A stretch of 63,287 nucleotides of DNA, filler included, from Asterionella formosa (lineage: Eukaryota), in assembly GCA_002256025.1 (NCBI GenBank). It is 13 parts of 13 records of this genome, joined end to end, with 100 filler letters (N's around TTAATTAATTAA, not from the genome) between each part and the next. Parts side by side here need not be neighbours in the genome. Positions count along the whole stretch, not along the records: positions 1 to 4,788 come from NKIB01013359.1; positions 4,889 to 9,672 come from NKIB01013360.1; 11 more parts are not named here. One strand, 5' to 3'. The number at the start of each line of letters is the position of its first letter. Within the stretch, counting starts at the first letter, position 1. The notes under the pieces were generated by a model. It ran no database searches, was not told where the DNA came from, and was given only the letters and a program-made list of their open reading frames with translations. The position numbers were made by a program, and so were the translations under genes. Shown piece after piece: positions 1-9,468 of the stretch.

Positions 1-169
1 TTGTAGGCTAAATCAGATTAAAGTTACAGACAATTCCAAACAACCAGGTGGTCAGGTGGTTTATTAAATGAAAAATCAAAAGAGATACACATGAATCAAT
101 TTGGAATTGGAATCACTATTGCCAGCATGATGACGTATGTAGCACTAAAGTTTGGATACTGCTCGTTTA

Positions 170-190
170 GCAAAATTACCGCAACTTGCC
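170..190 (-). mobile_element. Terminal inverted repeat of a small MITE-like family (GCAAGTTGCGGTMATTTTGC)
   Basis: gcaaaattaccgcaacttgcc. The same motif is at 5821-5840, 18146-18165, 47201-47220, 47272-47291 and, degenerate, at 61463-61480. Confidence 0.7.
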
Positions 191-207
191 GGTAAGCTGA
201 GTACCCT

Positions 208-240
208 GGTACCAGGTACCTGGTACCTGGTACCGGTACC
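208..240. repeat. (GGTACCW)n palindromic array
   Basis: Five GGTACC units, mostly separated by A/T. Similar arrays at 511-534, 23276-23320, 36158-36183, ~41778-41890, ~47546-47590 and 59142-59154. Confidence 0.9.
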
Positions 241-740
241 ACCATCTTGCTTCATGTGCATATTTTTATGCATCATCACGCACATCCCGGACTTTCTACG
301 ACTAATCAGAGTTGATTTTTCAACCAAAAAGGGAGTACAAAATCAACCGTCAATGCAACCGGGTTGATTTTTTCTTTGTTGTACAATACTGTATTTTCTC
401 GTGATCTAGTACGGAAAAATACCGTCAAGGTATTTTACCATCCGCAGTAGAACGATACTTGAGGCCTACAGAAAAATACAACCTGGGTTGATTTTTACAA
501 GTAATACCATGGTACCGGTACCAGGTACCAGGTAGTTCAATGACAAGACAGCAACATCGCTCAAATTGTGGGAAAAACTAACTAATTCCCAAATGGGAAT
601 CATAATATTTCATTTATATAACTAGTCTAATAGAAATTTTTTACTTTTTTTATAATGGTTTTGTCATCCTACGTCACAGTAGATGGGTGGTTGACAGCAT
701 TTAGGATTTCCCAAAAACCGATAGCATCGTTTTTTCGTCA

Positions 741-798
741 GTTGACCAAAACCAAAACCAATCCAAAAAAAAGTTTTTGGGTTTTGGTTTGGGTCAAC
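741..798. repeat. Inverted repeat/hairpin (19-bp arms, 1 mismatch)
   Basis: gttgaccaaaaccaaaacc (741-759) pairs with ggttttggtttgggtcaac (780-798). Confidence 0.8.
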
Positions 799-1144
799 GG
801 TTAGCAACGGCCTTATTTAGTCGCTGAATGTATATATACCTTAAAAATAAGATCGACATATATGCATACACACTCTATACTCCGATTAACGATTTTATAT
901 GCTATGCATTGAATCCGTTCGTATACGGTATATATTTAGATTCTACATCGCTTTATGTGCATATACCTGGTACTACAATCGATACTCCGATCGACGACAA
1001 TGTATCATGTATGCGACAAGGCGTCTCGGCAAACATTTGAAAGTGCACCCAAGGAGCGGTACGCGTACCGGTATGTCCACTGATGATCATCTACTGGTAC
1101 CCGTCGTGAATATAGCACCGGACTGTCAGTACACCCAAGAAAAT

Positions 1145-1288
1145 GTTAAATGTTAATCCAATGTGGCCGGCGTGGGTTTGCACGACCTCGCAAACCAGGC
1201 CAATCAAACAGAGGAAGTTAAATGTTAATCCAATGTGGCCGGCGTGGGTTTGCACGACCTCGCAAACCAGGCCAATCAAACAGAGGAA
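1145..1288. repeat. Perfect 72-bp tandem duplication with an internal hairpin
   Basis: 1145-1216 is identical to 1217-1288. Each unit contains TGGCC..GGTTTGC-8nt-GCAAACC.GGCCA. Confidence 0.95.
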
Positions 1289-1406
1289 TGTAGTTCACGT
1301 TCACCAATCATATTATATATGAGGAAGCGGGTACTTACAATGGATATTTTCGGATAGGAGATTTTAGGACTAAAAATTCCGGCACACGACTGCCATTCTG
1401 GTGATC

Positions 1407-1482
1407 ACGTTTTGGCACCTAATAACTCTGATTCCGATATTTTGGCGACCGTAGAAAAGGCCGGATTTGTCGAGTTTTTGGA
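1407..1482. repeat. Dispersed repeat (inverted copy at 12535-12610)
   Basis: The core tctgattccgatattttggcgac...gaaaa.gccg...gtcga.tttttgga matches the reverse complement of 12535-12610 in contig 3. Confidence 0.75.
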
Positions 1483-1574
1483 CGACGATAGCTAAACGTT
1501 GGCTGGGTCTGACGGCGATTTAGATACATAGGTAACTTTCAAATAGCATCAGTATACCGGTATAACTTCTGGCG

Positions 1575-1690
1575 AGAAACTGCAGAAAAGGAACTTCGGT
1601 TTTTTTACTATGCCAAATAAACAGATTTCCACCGAATTTTCGAGTCTTTTTAGCATAGCTAAAAAACCGAAGTTCCTTTCTGCAGTTTCT
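1575..1690. mobile_element. Foldback/MITE-like element with ~38-bp inverted arms
   Basis: agaaactgcagaaaaggaacttcggtttttttactatgc (1575-1613) versus gcatagctaaaaaaccgaagttcctttctgcagtttct (1653-1690). Confidence 0.75.
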
Positions 1691-2159
1691 GACCAGATCC
1701 TATATACTGACGATATATTGAGTGAACCTACACCCCTACTTTGTCCGAAGACTGTATTTAAGCATATGGAAAGGGTGTCTATTGGTGAAAGCTCCGTTGA
1801 GCGTTATACATTTTTAATTTATATGTGTAAAGTACGTGTTTGATTAGTCTGACTCAATATTATTTTCTAAACCCTACCTCGAACTAGGGGTTCAAATGCA
1901 GCAACCTTAAATTATAAACTGGGAATGAACGGAAAATCAGACTACGGCTGAAAAACCGGCCTACTGTCCGAACATTTCTACGAAAAATAGCGTAGGTGTC
2001 CCGTAGATGTCTGATGATGACTGAATGAATTTGGAGCTTGCATGCAGAATTCAACGACAGATGGTAGAGACTGAAGAATTACAAAAACACGATCACAAAG
2101 AAGAAGACCTTTCATCGCACATTCGATAAAACTACCAAATCAACAAGAACAAAGCAAAC

Positions 2160-4118
2160 ATGGCGAACATCAATGCCCATCTCACACTCGCCCAGACCAA
2201 GAATAAAGCTATAATTATTACTGACCAAGGCGTACAAGCTGAGCTAATTAGGAATGGATTCTGTCCTTATCACGCAGACATTCAGCTTCGCATAATGAAT
2301 GCGTTTGGAGTTTGGAAGACTGTGCGAGCCAGCTGCCCTCATTGCGAGTGTGAACGAATGAATATACAAGGGACTCCTGCTGCAACGACTCAAATGGCTC
2401 AGTCGCCTCCTATGCCAGTAACCCAATCTCAGGCTTCAAACCAAATTCCAACCACTTCAAATTCGCCCTTAGATAAAACTTTTGCGAACTTGGCTATGAA
2501 TGACAGCAACAATCTGACAAATACTGAAGCAGATTTGCCTACTGCCACTTCAGTTTCGTCTCCGATTGCTGAAATTCTTCCGAAGATGAAGAAAGTGAAA
2601 TTTACAAATCCTGAAATTCCAGTTGAAAGTCTCTCCGATCCTATTCTGTTGGCTGAAAAGAATATTGACAACTACTGGGTGAAGATTTTTGAAGCAGGAG
2701 GTTTCACTACGATTCTGTCTGCAATGAAGAATGATCCAATGAATGCTATTGTGCAATACTATGGTTTTAGAGCACTTTCTAGCTTGGCTGAGAATCAGGA
2801 GAACCAGTTGATGATTGCTGAAGTAGGAGGTATCACTACGATTCTGTCTGCGATGATAATTCATTCCTCCAATGCTAATGTGCAAGAATATGGTTGTGTA
2901 GCACTTCAGAAGTTGGCTGAGAATGAAAACAACAAGGTGGCGATTGTTGATACAGGAGGTATCACTACGATTCTGTCTGCGATGAAGACTCATTTCTCTA
3001 ATGCTAATGTGCAAGAATATGGTTGTACAGCACTTGCCTTCTTGACTGAGAATCATGACGAAAACAAGGTGATAATATCTGAAGCAGAAGGTATTACTAC
3101 GATTCTGTCTGCGATGAAGACTCATTTCTCTAATGCTAATGTGCAAGTATATGGTTGTGCAGCACTTTGTAACTTGGCTGAGAATAATGACGAGAACAAG
3201 GTGATGATTGCGGAAGCAGGAGGTATTACTACAATTCTGTCTGCGATGAAGACTCATTTCTGTAATGCTGATGTGCAAGAATATGGTTGTGCAGCACTTG
3301 AACAGTTGGTTGTGAATAATAATAACAACGAGGTCACAAGTACTGAAGCGGGTTTGGAAATATCTGTCAAATGGTTGAAAGAAAATGAACCAAGTTTGTT
3401 TAAACTTTATCTTCCGGATAAATCAATTGGTGATGACGCCAAGGCCATTGCAGAGACTCTCAAAGTCAATACTTTCTTGACAATACCTAATCTCAGTAGG
3501 AATTACAAATCAAACATATCACTCAATCCTTCTCATGTCCCGACCCACCAAGATGTTCAATTTGTGAATGAGTATGCCAGACAAAAAGAGTGTACTTTGT
3601 CTCAGATTGCTGCTATTCATTCAGAGATGCAAATGAATGAGCAGAATGCTGACATTCAAGAAGGTCTCTTGAATCTTCAGAATGTGGCTAATGATGACAA
3701 CAATGAGGTGACGATTGCTGAAGCAGGAGGTATCACTACAATTCTGTCTGCAATGAAGTTTCATTCCTCCAATGCTAACAAGGTGGTGATTGCTGATGCA
3801 GAAGGTATCACTATGATTCTGTCTGCAATGAAGACTCATTTCTCTAATGCTAATGTGCAAGAATATGGTTGTACAGCACTTGCCTTCTTGGCTGAGAATC
3901 ATGACGAAAACAAGGTGATAATGTCTGATGCAGGAGGTATTACTACGATTCTGTCTGCAATGAAGACTCATTTCTCTAATGCTAATGTGCAAGAATATGG
4001 TTGTGCAGCACTTGAACAGTTGGTTATGAATAAAGATAACAACAAAATCACAAGTGCTGAAGCAGGTTTGGAAATATATGATCCAAGTTGGTTTGGGTTA
4101 GGGTTGTGCAGCACTTGA
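2160..4118 (+). CDS. Armadillo-repeat protein with an N-terminal Cys/His motif and an NLRC3/RI-like LRR remnant; 3' end probably decaying
   Basis: About 8 units of ~42 aa (GGITTILSAMKTHFSNANVQEYGC.AL..L); SIGDDAKAIAETLKVNT LRR-like segment; CxxH...CxxC near the N-terminus. Confidence 0.8.
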   Translation: MANINAHLTLAQTKNKAIIITDQGVQAELIRNGFCPYHADIQLRIMNAFGVWKTVRASCPHCECERMNIQGTPAATTQMAQSPPMPVTQSQASNQIPTTSNSPLDKTFANLAMNDSNNLTNTEADLPTATSVSSPIAEILPKMKKVKFTNPEIPVESLSDPILLAEKNIDNYWVKIFEAGGFTTILSAMKNDPMNAIVQYYGFRALSSLAENQENQLMIAEVGGITTILSAMIIHSSNANVQEYGCVALQKLAENENNKVAIVDTGGITTILSAMKTHFSNANVQEYGCTALAFLTENHDENKVIISEAEGITTILSAMKTHFSNANVQVYGCAALCNLAENNDENKVMIAEAGGITTILSAMKTHFCNADVQEYGCAALEQLVVNNNNNEVTSTEAGLEISVKWLKENEPSLFKLYLPDKSIGDDAKAIAETLKVNTFLTIPNLSRNYKSNISLNPSHVPTHQDVQFVNEYARQKECTLSQIAAIHSEMQMNEQNADIQEGLLNLQNVANDDNNEVTIAEAGGITTILSAMKFHSSNANKVVIADAEGITMILSAMKTHFSNANVQEYGCTALAFLAENHDENKVIMSDAGGITTILSAMKTHFSNANVQEYGCAALEQLVMNKDNNKITSAEAGLEIYDPSWFGLGLCST

Positions 4119-4450
4119 ACAGTTGGTTGTGAATAATGATAACAACAATGGTCACAAGTACTGAAGCAGGTTTGGAAATATCTGTCAAATGGTTGAAAGA
4201 AAATTATCCAAGTTGGTTTGTTGAAGAGGTTAATCAGAGTAAAGAATGAATATTTGGATACATAAACAAGAAGATAGTGATATGAAGAAGTTACAGAAGG
4301 GTTAGGGTTATCTCTGCAGTAATTCAATTGGTGTTGATGGCGCCAAGGCCATTGCAGAGGCTCTCTAGGATAATAATGTCTTGACTACAATTAATCTCAA
4401 CAAAAATTCAATTGGTGTTAATTTACTAAATGAAATTGAAAAACTTGTTA
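4119..4450 (+). pseudogene. Frameshifted, stop-containing continuation of the ARM-LRR gene
   Basis: ~4101-4200 re-duplicates 3282-3385. Around 4320-4450 it reads *NSIGVDGAKAIAEAL*DNNVLTTINLNKNSIG, an RI-like LRR with stops. Confidence 0.7.
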
Positions 4451-4564
4451 AGGTTGCAGCCTGGCTTAACCCTAGTTTGGAGAAAATATAGCTAGGGTTG
4501 TAAAAACGGTGTGGAACAGGGAGTTTCCTACTATGAATTCCCATGATTCAAGTGTCCATTTGAA

Positions 4565-4611
4565 TATTTGAATTAAATAGGAATCGGCGCCAGATTGATA
4601 GAGTTCCATTT
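4565..4611. repeat. Dispersed 47-bp repeat (inverted copy at 13150-13196)
   Basis: tatttgaattaaataggaatcgg.gccagattgatagag.tccattt, with 2 mismatches to the reverse complement of 13150-13196. Confidence 0.85.
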
Positions 4612-4640
4612 TAAACAAACAAAAATGATATTTAAACGTT

Positions 4641-4670
4641 TACCGTATACTTCATTGTCCTGGACCCCCC
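4641..4670 (+). mobile_element. Putative left end (TA+CCGTA...) of a pogo/Tc1-like non-autonomous element
   Basis: 30 bp identical to 9377-9406 (taccgtatacttcattgtcctggacccccc). Confidence 0.65.
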
Positions 4671-4788
4671 CTATGGTTGCTGGACCCCCCTGTACATTTT
4701 TCTCGAGGTGGAACCAAACACCCAATAATTTTCTTGTCATAGACAAAGTAACGTGCTATAATTCTTTTTGTCCTCGTAGGCACTAGTA

Positions 4789-4888
4789 NNNNNNNNNNNN
4801 NNNNNNNNNNNNNNNNNNNNNNNNNNNNNNNNTTAATTAATTAANNNNNNNNNNNNNNNNNNNNNNNNNNNNNNNNNNNNNNNNNNNN
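4789..4888. other. Artificial contig-joining linker (N44-TTAATTAATTAA-N44); first of 12
   Basis: Identical 100-nt linkers at 4789-4888, 9673-9772, 14555-14654, 19433-19532, 24316-24415, 29193-29292, 34069-34168, 38944-39043, 43818-43917, 48689-48788, 53558-53657 and 58423-58522. The 12-mer has stops in all six frames. The flanking contigs are 4788 down to 4765 bp. Confidence 0.99.
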
Positions 4889-5417
4889 CTACTACGAGTT
4901 CGTATCAGAAGCTACATGAATACTCAGCTAGAGAGAGTCAATAGTTCTGGAGCAGCGTGGCGATCACGCTTGCTCAGAATGGAATGATCAGGGTTGCTTG
5001 TTTGTTGGGCAGTGGAGAGGAATGACTGTGGCGGAAATACTGCTACTGGTGTCAGGCTACTACAGCGATGCGCATGGTTGCAGAAACCAGACCATTTACG
5101 CTACATAACGATGTAGGTCAAGATTGGGTTCAGCTTTTCCCTTCTTATTTCGGTCTTCGATTGTGTGGTGATGGAAAGTCAATGTTGCCTGGTGTGTAAG
5201 TACTACAATGATTCACAATGCATAGCTACGTCTCCATTGGAACTCTTATTTTTTATTTCATTTCTAACCCAAATTTTTTTCTATTTCTCATTTGATGCTA
5301 CTTATTACATCGCATTTCATACTTTGGTTGCTCCAAACATCATGTTAAATTTTCGTTGATGTTGCATGTTCCAATCATTCTCGTGTGTTTTACGCTTGTT
5401 GTACCATCTCTATGCAT

Positions 5418-5582
5418 ATTACCGTTATTTTGGTTGTCATGCTAAAATCGGCAATTTTATTGCCGAAAAATTCGATGTGCCCCATATTGCCCTTAAATAA
5501 AAATTACTTAAGAAATTACTTAGAGACTAATAATTACTTAGAAGTACCCGAATGGCAAGACGATAGCTGGAGCGGGAATTGC
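5418..5582. repeat. Dispersed ~165-bp repeat (inverted copy at 22969-23134)
   Basis: High-identity reverse-complement match, including ttagaagtacccgaatggcaagacgatagctggagcgggaattgc. Confidence 0.9.
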
Positions 5583-6096
5583 CTCAACAATACCCTTCTC
5601 GGCGGCTACTTGCCTTCTCGTATACATGTGTACTCGGCTGGGATGGCACTCGTAGGGCGGGCGCAACTCGTACGGTCAGCCTGCTCGCGCCACCCAGCCT
5701 CGAACATATGTATACTCGCAGGCAAGAGACCACCTCGGACGTATATTGCCTTCAGCACAAACGATTTTGAAGAGTGAATTGATGACGTTTTCTATGTCCC
5801 GCGTCACGTTATCAATTTCAGCAAAATGACCGCAACTTGCGGTTATTTTATTGGGACATCCACATCATCAAGACAAAGGTCAGGTCATCGTTTCTTTTTT
5901 AGGGACGAGGAATAGTATGCTGCATGTAAAACATATGGACACGATGCAAACTGAAAATAAAAAGTGGAAACAAAAAATATTGTTTGTAGGAGGAGTCGTT
6001 TGGACCTGATGATCAATGGGACAACGATCAATTGATTACAGCTATATACACAGCATCAGCAATATTTTTCTCATTTCGCTTGTTTCAAAGAGCATA

Positions 6097-7415
6097 ATGA
6101 ACTCGAGCGTCAACGACGAGACTAACCCAGCTCCACCTCGAAAGAATGGGATGATGTCAGCTTTTGGCTTCGCTACTGTCCTTGCTGTGACAATACTCGC
6201 CACTGTTTCAGATTGGCAACAGGATCCACCATCATTACACACTACTAATACACACCGAAGGCTGGCAGCGGGAAAGTTTTCCGGGTATGAAGCGACCGCT
6301 GGTAGGAATACCAAAAGTGATGCGGATGCAAGGATTGTCAACGGCGATCCTGCGGGGGCCGGCAAATACCGCTTCATGGTGGCCCTTTATAGCAACGAGG
6401 CTCCTAACCCTCCAGAGGACCATCCGGTTTGCGGTGCATCCTTGATCACTCCATCTATCGCGCTAACTGCAGCGCACTGTGTCGTTTCGATCCGCGCCGC
6501 CGAGTATGGTAGGTACGACGTCAATGATAACAATGGAGTACAATTTTTTAGTAATTTGGAACGAAGGTCCCACCCTTTGTTTGATGTAGTATCATTTGAT
6601 TATGATTACGCATTGGTCAAGTTTCCAACCGATGTGCAAGACCCATTCTTGATGCAGCTCTGGAGAACGCCAGAACTTCCAGAATCAATGACGGTTATGG
6701 GTTGGGGGGTAACGAAATTTGAAGGAGTTCAACCAGATACTTTGATGGAAGTCAATGTCTCCCGATTTGAAACAGGTATTTGCCGAACCAATTACGAGTC
6801 GTTGTACGATATTACGGAGAACATGTTTTGCGCTGCGGACGTTAACAACGGACGCGATTCATGCCAAGGGGATTCTGGTATGTTACTGCTAGAATGTTCT
6901 CATGTTTATTCAATCATGCATTACAAGAAAAACTCAAATACACTCGCAAAATGTTGCATTGCAGGTGGGCCTATAATTATTCCGGGGCGAAATGTGCAAC
7001 TTGGTATGGTTAGTTTTGGCAATGGCTGTGGTGATCCAACTTTTCCAGGAGTCTGTAAGTTTCAGGAGTAAGAATTTCGATGTCAAGATGCTCTCCTTTC
7101 ACTCACTCATATTTCTGCCGTATATCAATGTTAGACTCTCGATTGGATAAGGGATACTCATGGATCGAGGAAACTATTTGTTCCGATTTGAATCCACAAT
7201 ATTGTGTCAATGGAAAATTGCCCTACATCGGCGAAGATGGTCAAGCAAAACCTGTGAGTTGCAACGATTTGGAGCAGTTTAATGGCTTGGGAAAGAAGAT
7301 GCTTACTAGAAACTGCTCTTGGGTTGCCTTGAATACCGAACAACGTTGTCCGTGGTATGGAGAAGAATATTGCCCAGCCACTTGTGACATAAAAAGGTGT
7401 TCGTCGAAAGTCTGA
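6097..7415 (+). CDS. Trypsin-like (S1) serine protease with an N-terminal membrane anchor and a C-terminal Cys-rich (ShK-like) module; exons 6097-6877, 6965-7054, 7135-7415
   Basis: RIVNG activation site, TAAHC and DYDYALV motifs. Removing GT-AG intron 6878-6964 restores GDSGGP; removing 7055-7134 restores PGVYSR. C-terminal CxWV...RC...YCPATC...C. The alternative start is 6016. Confidence 0.92.
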
Positions 7416-8372
7416 AAAAAATACAATTGCGAAAATTGAATTTCTATGTGTGTGCAGTCGTTTGCATGCCAAAAAATGGATTAGTTTATCATCGTCACTG
7501 GATAAGTCCCGCACGTAAAAAAGAACCGACTTCAATTGACACACTGCAATTCTATTTATTGCCAATGGGAATTTTGCCAAACAAGTTTTGTTCGCGTGTT
7601 TAAGTCTGAGGAATTGAAGTGTTATGGATTTATTTGTATCAAATAAGCTTTTCAATGAGTTCCATCCATGTTGGTACCAATAAGTCAAAATATACTGATT
7701 TACGATAACATTATCCTTATACCATCATACTTCCAGGAATAATTTTCAAAAGTGAAACTGGTGCCTCAATATTCCCATTCTTCAGATGCAATGTGTGCTC
7801 GATGATATCACCATCAGTGTAAATGGTTCATTTGATCCTTAATTTTTAAATGTTTAACAAGTTCATGATGTCAGTCACTTAATACAAGTATGCACATCAA
7901 GAAGACAGTGACTACCCAACCTGTGATTGGCTGCTTCTGCTTTTTCAGAAAGTCATTTTCACTCTTCTCTCTAGTTTGCTTAACCAAACTCTCATCTGAG
8001 GGGAGGGAACCAGGATCTTGTTTTCCAATATGTGGTTATAACATATATAGGCCTCTGTTAATAATTTTATAGCATATTAGTACTAGCTAGCCTCGCTTCA
8101 GGATAGTATTCATTGCGCTCCATGGGCAAGAAAACTTGGTGGGCCGATGGAGAGGTTTGGGGTGGTTACTTCCTAGTGTAGGAGTCTTGTAAAAAAAATT
8201 TGCCATCAGTGTTTTTAGCCAGATCCAAGAATAACACTTGTCTTGTGGGTGGGTCTAGAACATGGATTAATTTTTCTTCTTTGTTTGTTTCATTGTGTCT
8301 TTCCTAAAATTTGTCTGAGCATTCCCCAACTGGCTGAATGATGATGTAAATTTTTGAAATTTGGTATGTTTA

Positions 8373-8725
8373 ATAGCCCATTAGTACTCCCCTATTTCTA
8401 TAGGCAAGTATTCATTGTACTAGTACCTGCCAACAAAACCTGTGCTTTCCTACTTATATTAGCATGGGTGAGTCCATAACCACCTTTGCGAAAGGCGATT
8501 GTTGTAGCCGCAGCATTAGCTAGGGGAAACTCCGACCATCTAGGAAGGTGGTGCAAGCTGCTTGTAGGGGGCAACCCACTATTTCTTCTACACCAGGCAA
8601 GACCGTGCAGGATGGTAAGGAGTGTGGGAGTCAAACCCAACAATTGCTTCTCCAAAAAAAGCAGGAATCTAATCTCACAACCTCAGATCAAAGGCAATGT
8701 GCTGAACCACCAAGCCATTCCCTTA
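8373..8725 (-). mobile_element. tRNA-derived SINE-like element, older degenerate copy
   Basis: Colinear with 35315-35658. Minus-strand A box TGGCTTGGTGG (8707-8717); B boxes are decayed. Confidence 0.75.
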
Positions 8726-9376
8726 CATGGATTAAGCATGATTGTGTTGACGAAATTTGGTAACTCTGGTTCACTGCACTGGAGTTACCAAATTGGGTCA
8801 ACACAAACACAAAATTTTGGGTTATGCTGAGAACAACGATTTATGTTATAATACACATGATATTTATCAGAGCCCGCCCAATATATATATATGTGGTGGT
8901 TGATACTTCTCTATTTGTCAAAAAACTTCATACTTTAATATTCGTAAACTTTGACTTTTATACATACACATGCATACATCGCAAAGTGAGCTCATCATAG
9001 TACAGTAGTCATGAATAGCAGTCGAATGAGTCGACTTTGGGTGTACCAAGCAAGCTCCCATCAACCACACAATATTATTCTGCTATGTATAATGAGCCAG
9101 ACAATATAGACTATTTGGAAGACCAATAATTTGAATCCAATGATCAATGGTCATAAACCTATGATCAATAAGTGTGAGATGGACATGGGTCTATCTATGA
9201 ATGTATGTTCTGAAAAATCCAAACAGCATTGGAGAATAGTTCATTTGATTATTCAAACTGAACAAACATAATAACTAGCGAAGTAACTCATAATAAGAAT
9301 ATAGAAACAAAAGAGAAAGGAATGTCTCTATCTGTAGTCGTCTTTGTCCAACAATAGATTTATCTAGAAAAGGTAA

Positions 9377-9468
9377 TACCGTATACTTCATTGTCCTGGA
9401 CCCCCCAATGTACACTGCCGTGACTGAATTTGACTGATTTTACTTAAGGGGGGCCCAGGACAATGAAG
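9377..9468. mobile_element. MITE-like unit with 21-bp inverted repeats
   Basis: cttcattgtcctggacccccc (9386-9406) pairs with ggggggcccaggacaatgaag (9448-9468), 1 mismatch. The left end is shared with 4641-4670. Confidence 0.7.

Noticed and set aside
1145..1288. Possible CRISPR-like repeat with a palindromic core
   Set aside because: There are only two abutting identical units, no unique spacers and no cas genes, in a eukaryotic context.
4092..4310. Telomeric TTAGGG repeats
   Set aside because: Only about two units at two spots; too short to support a telomere or healing event.
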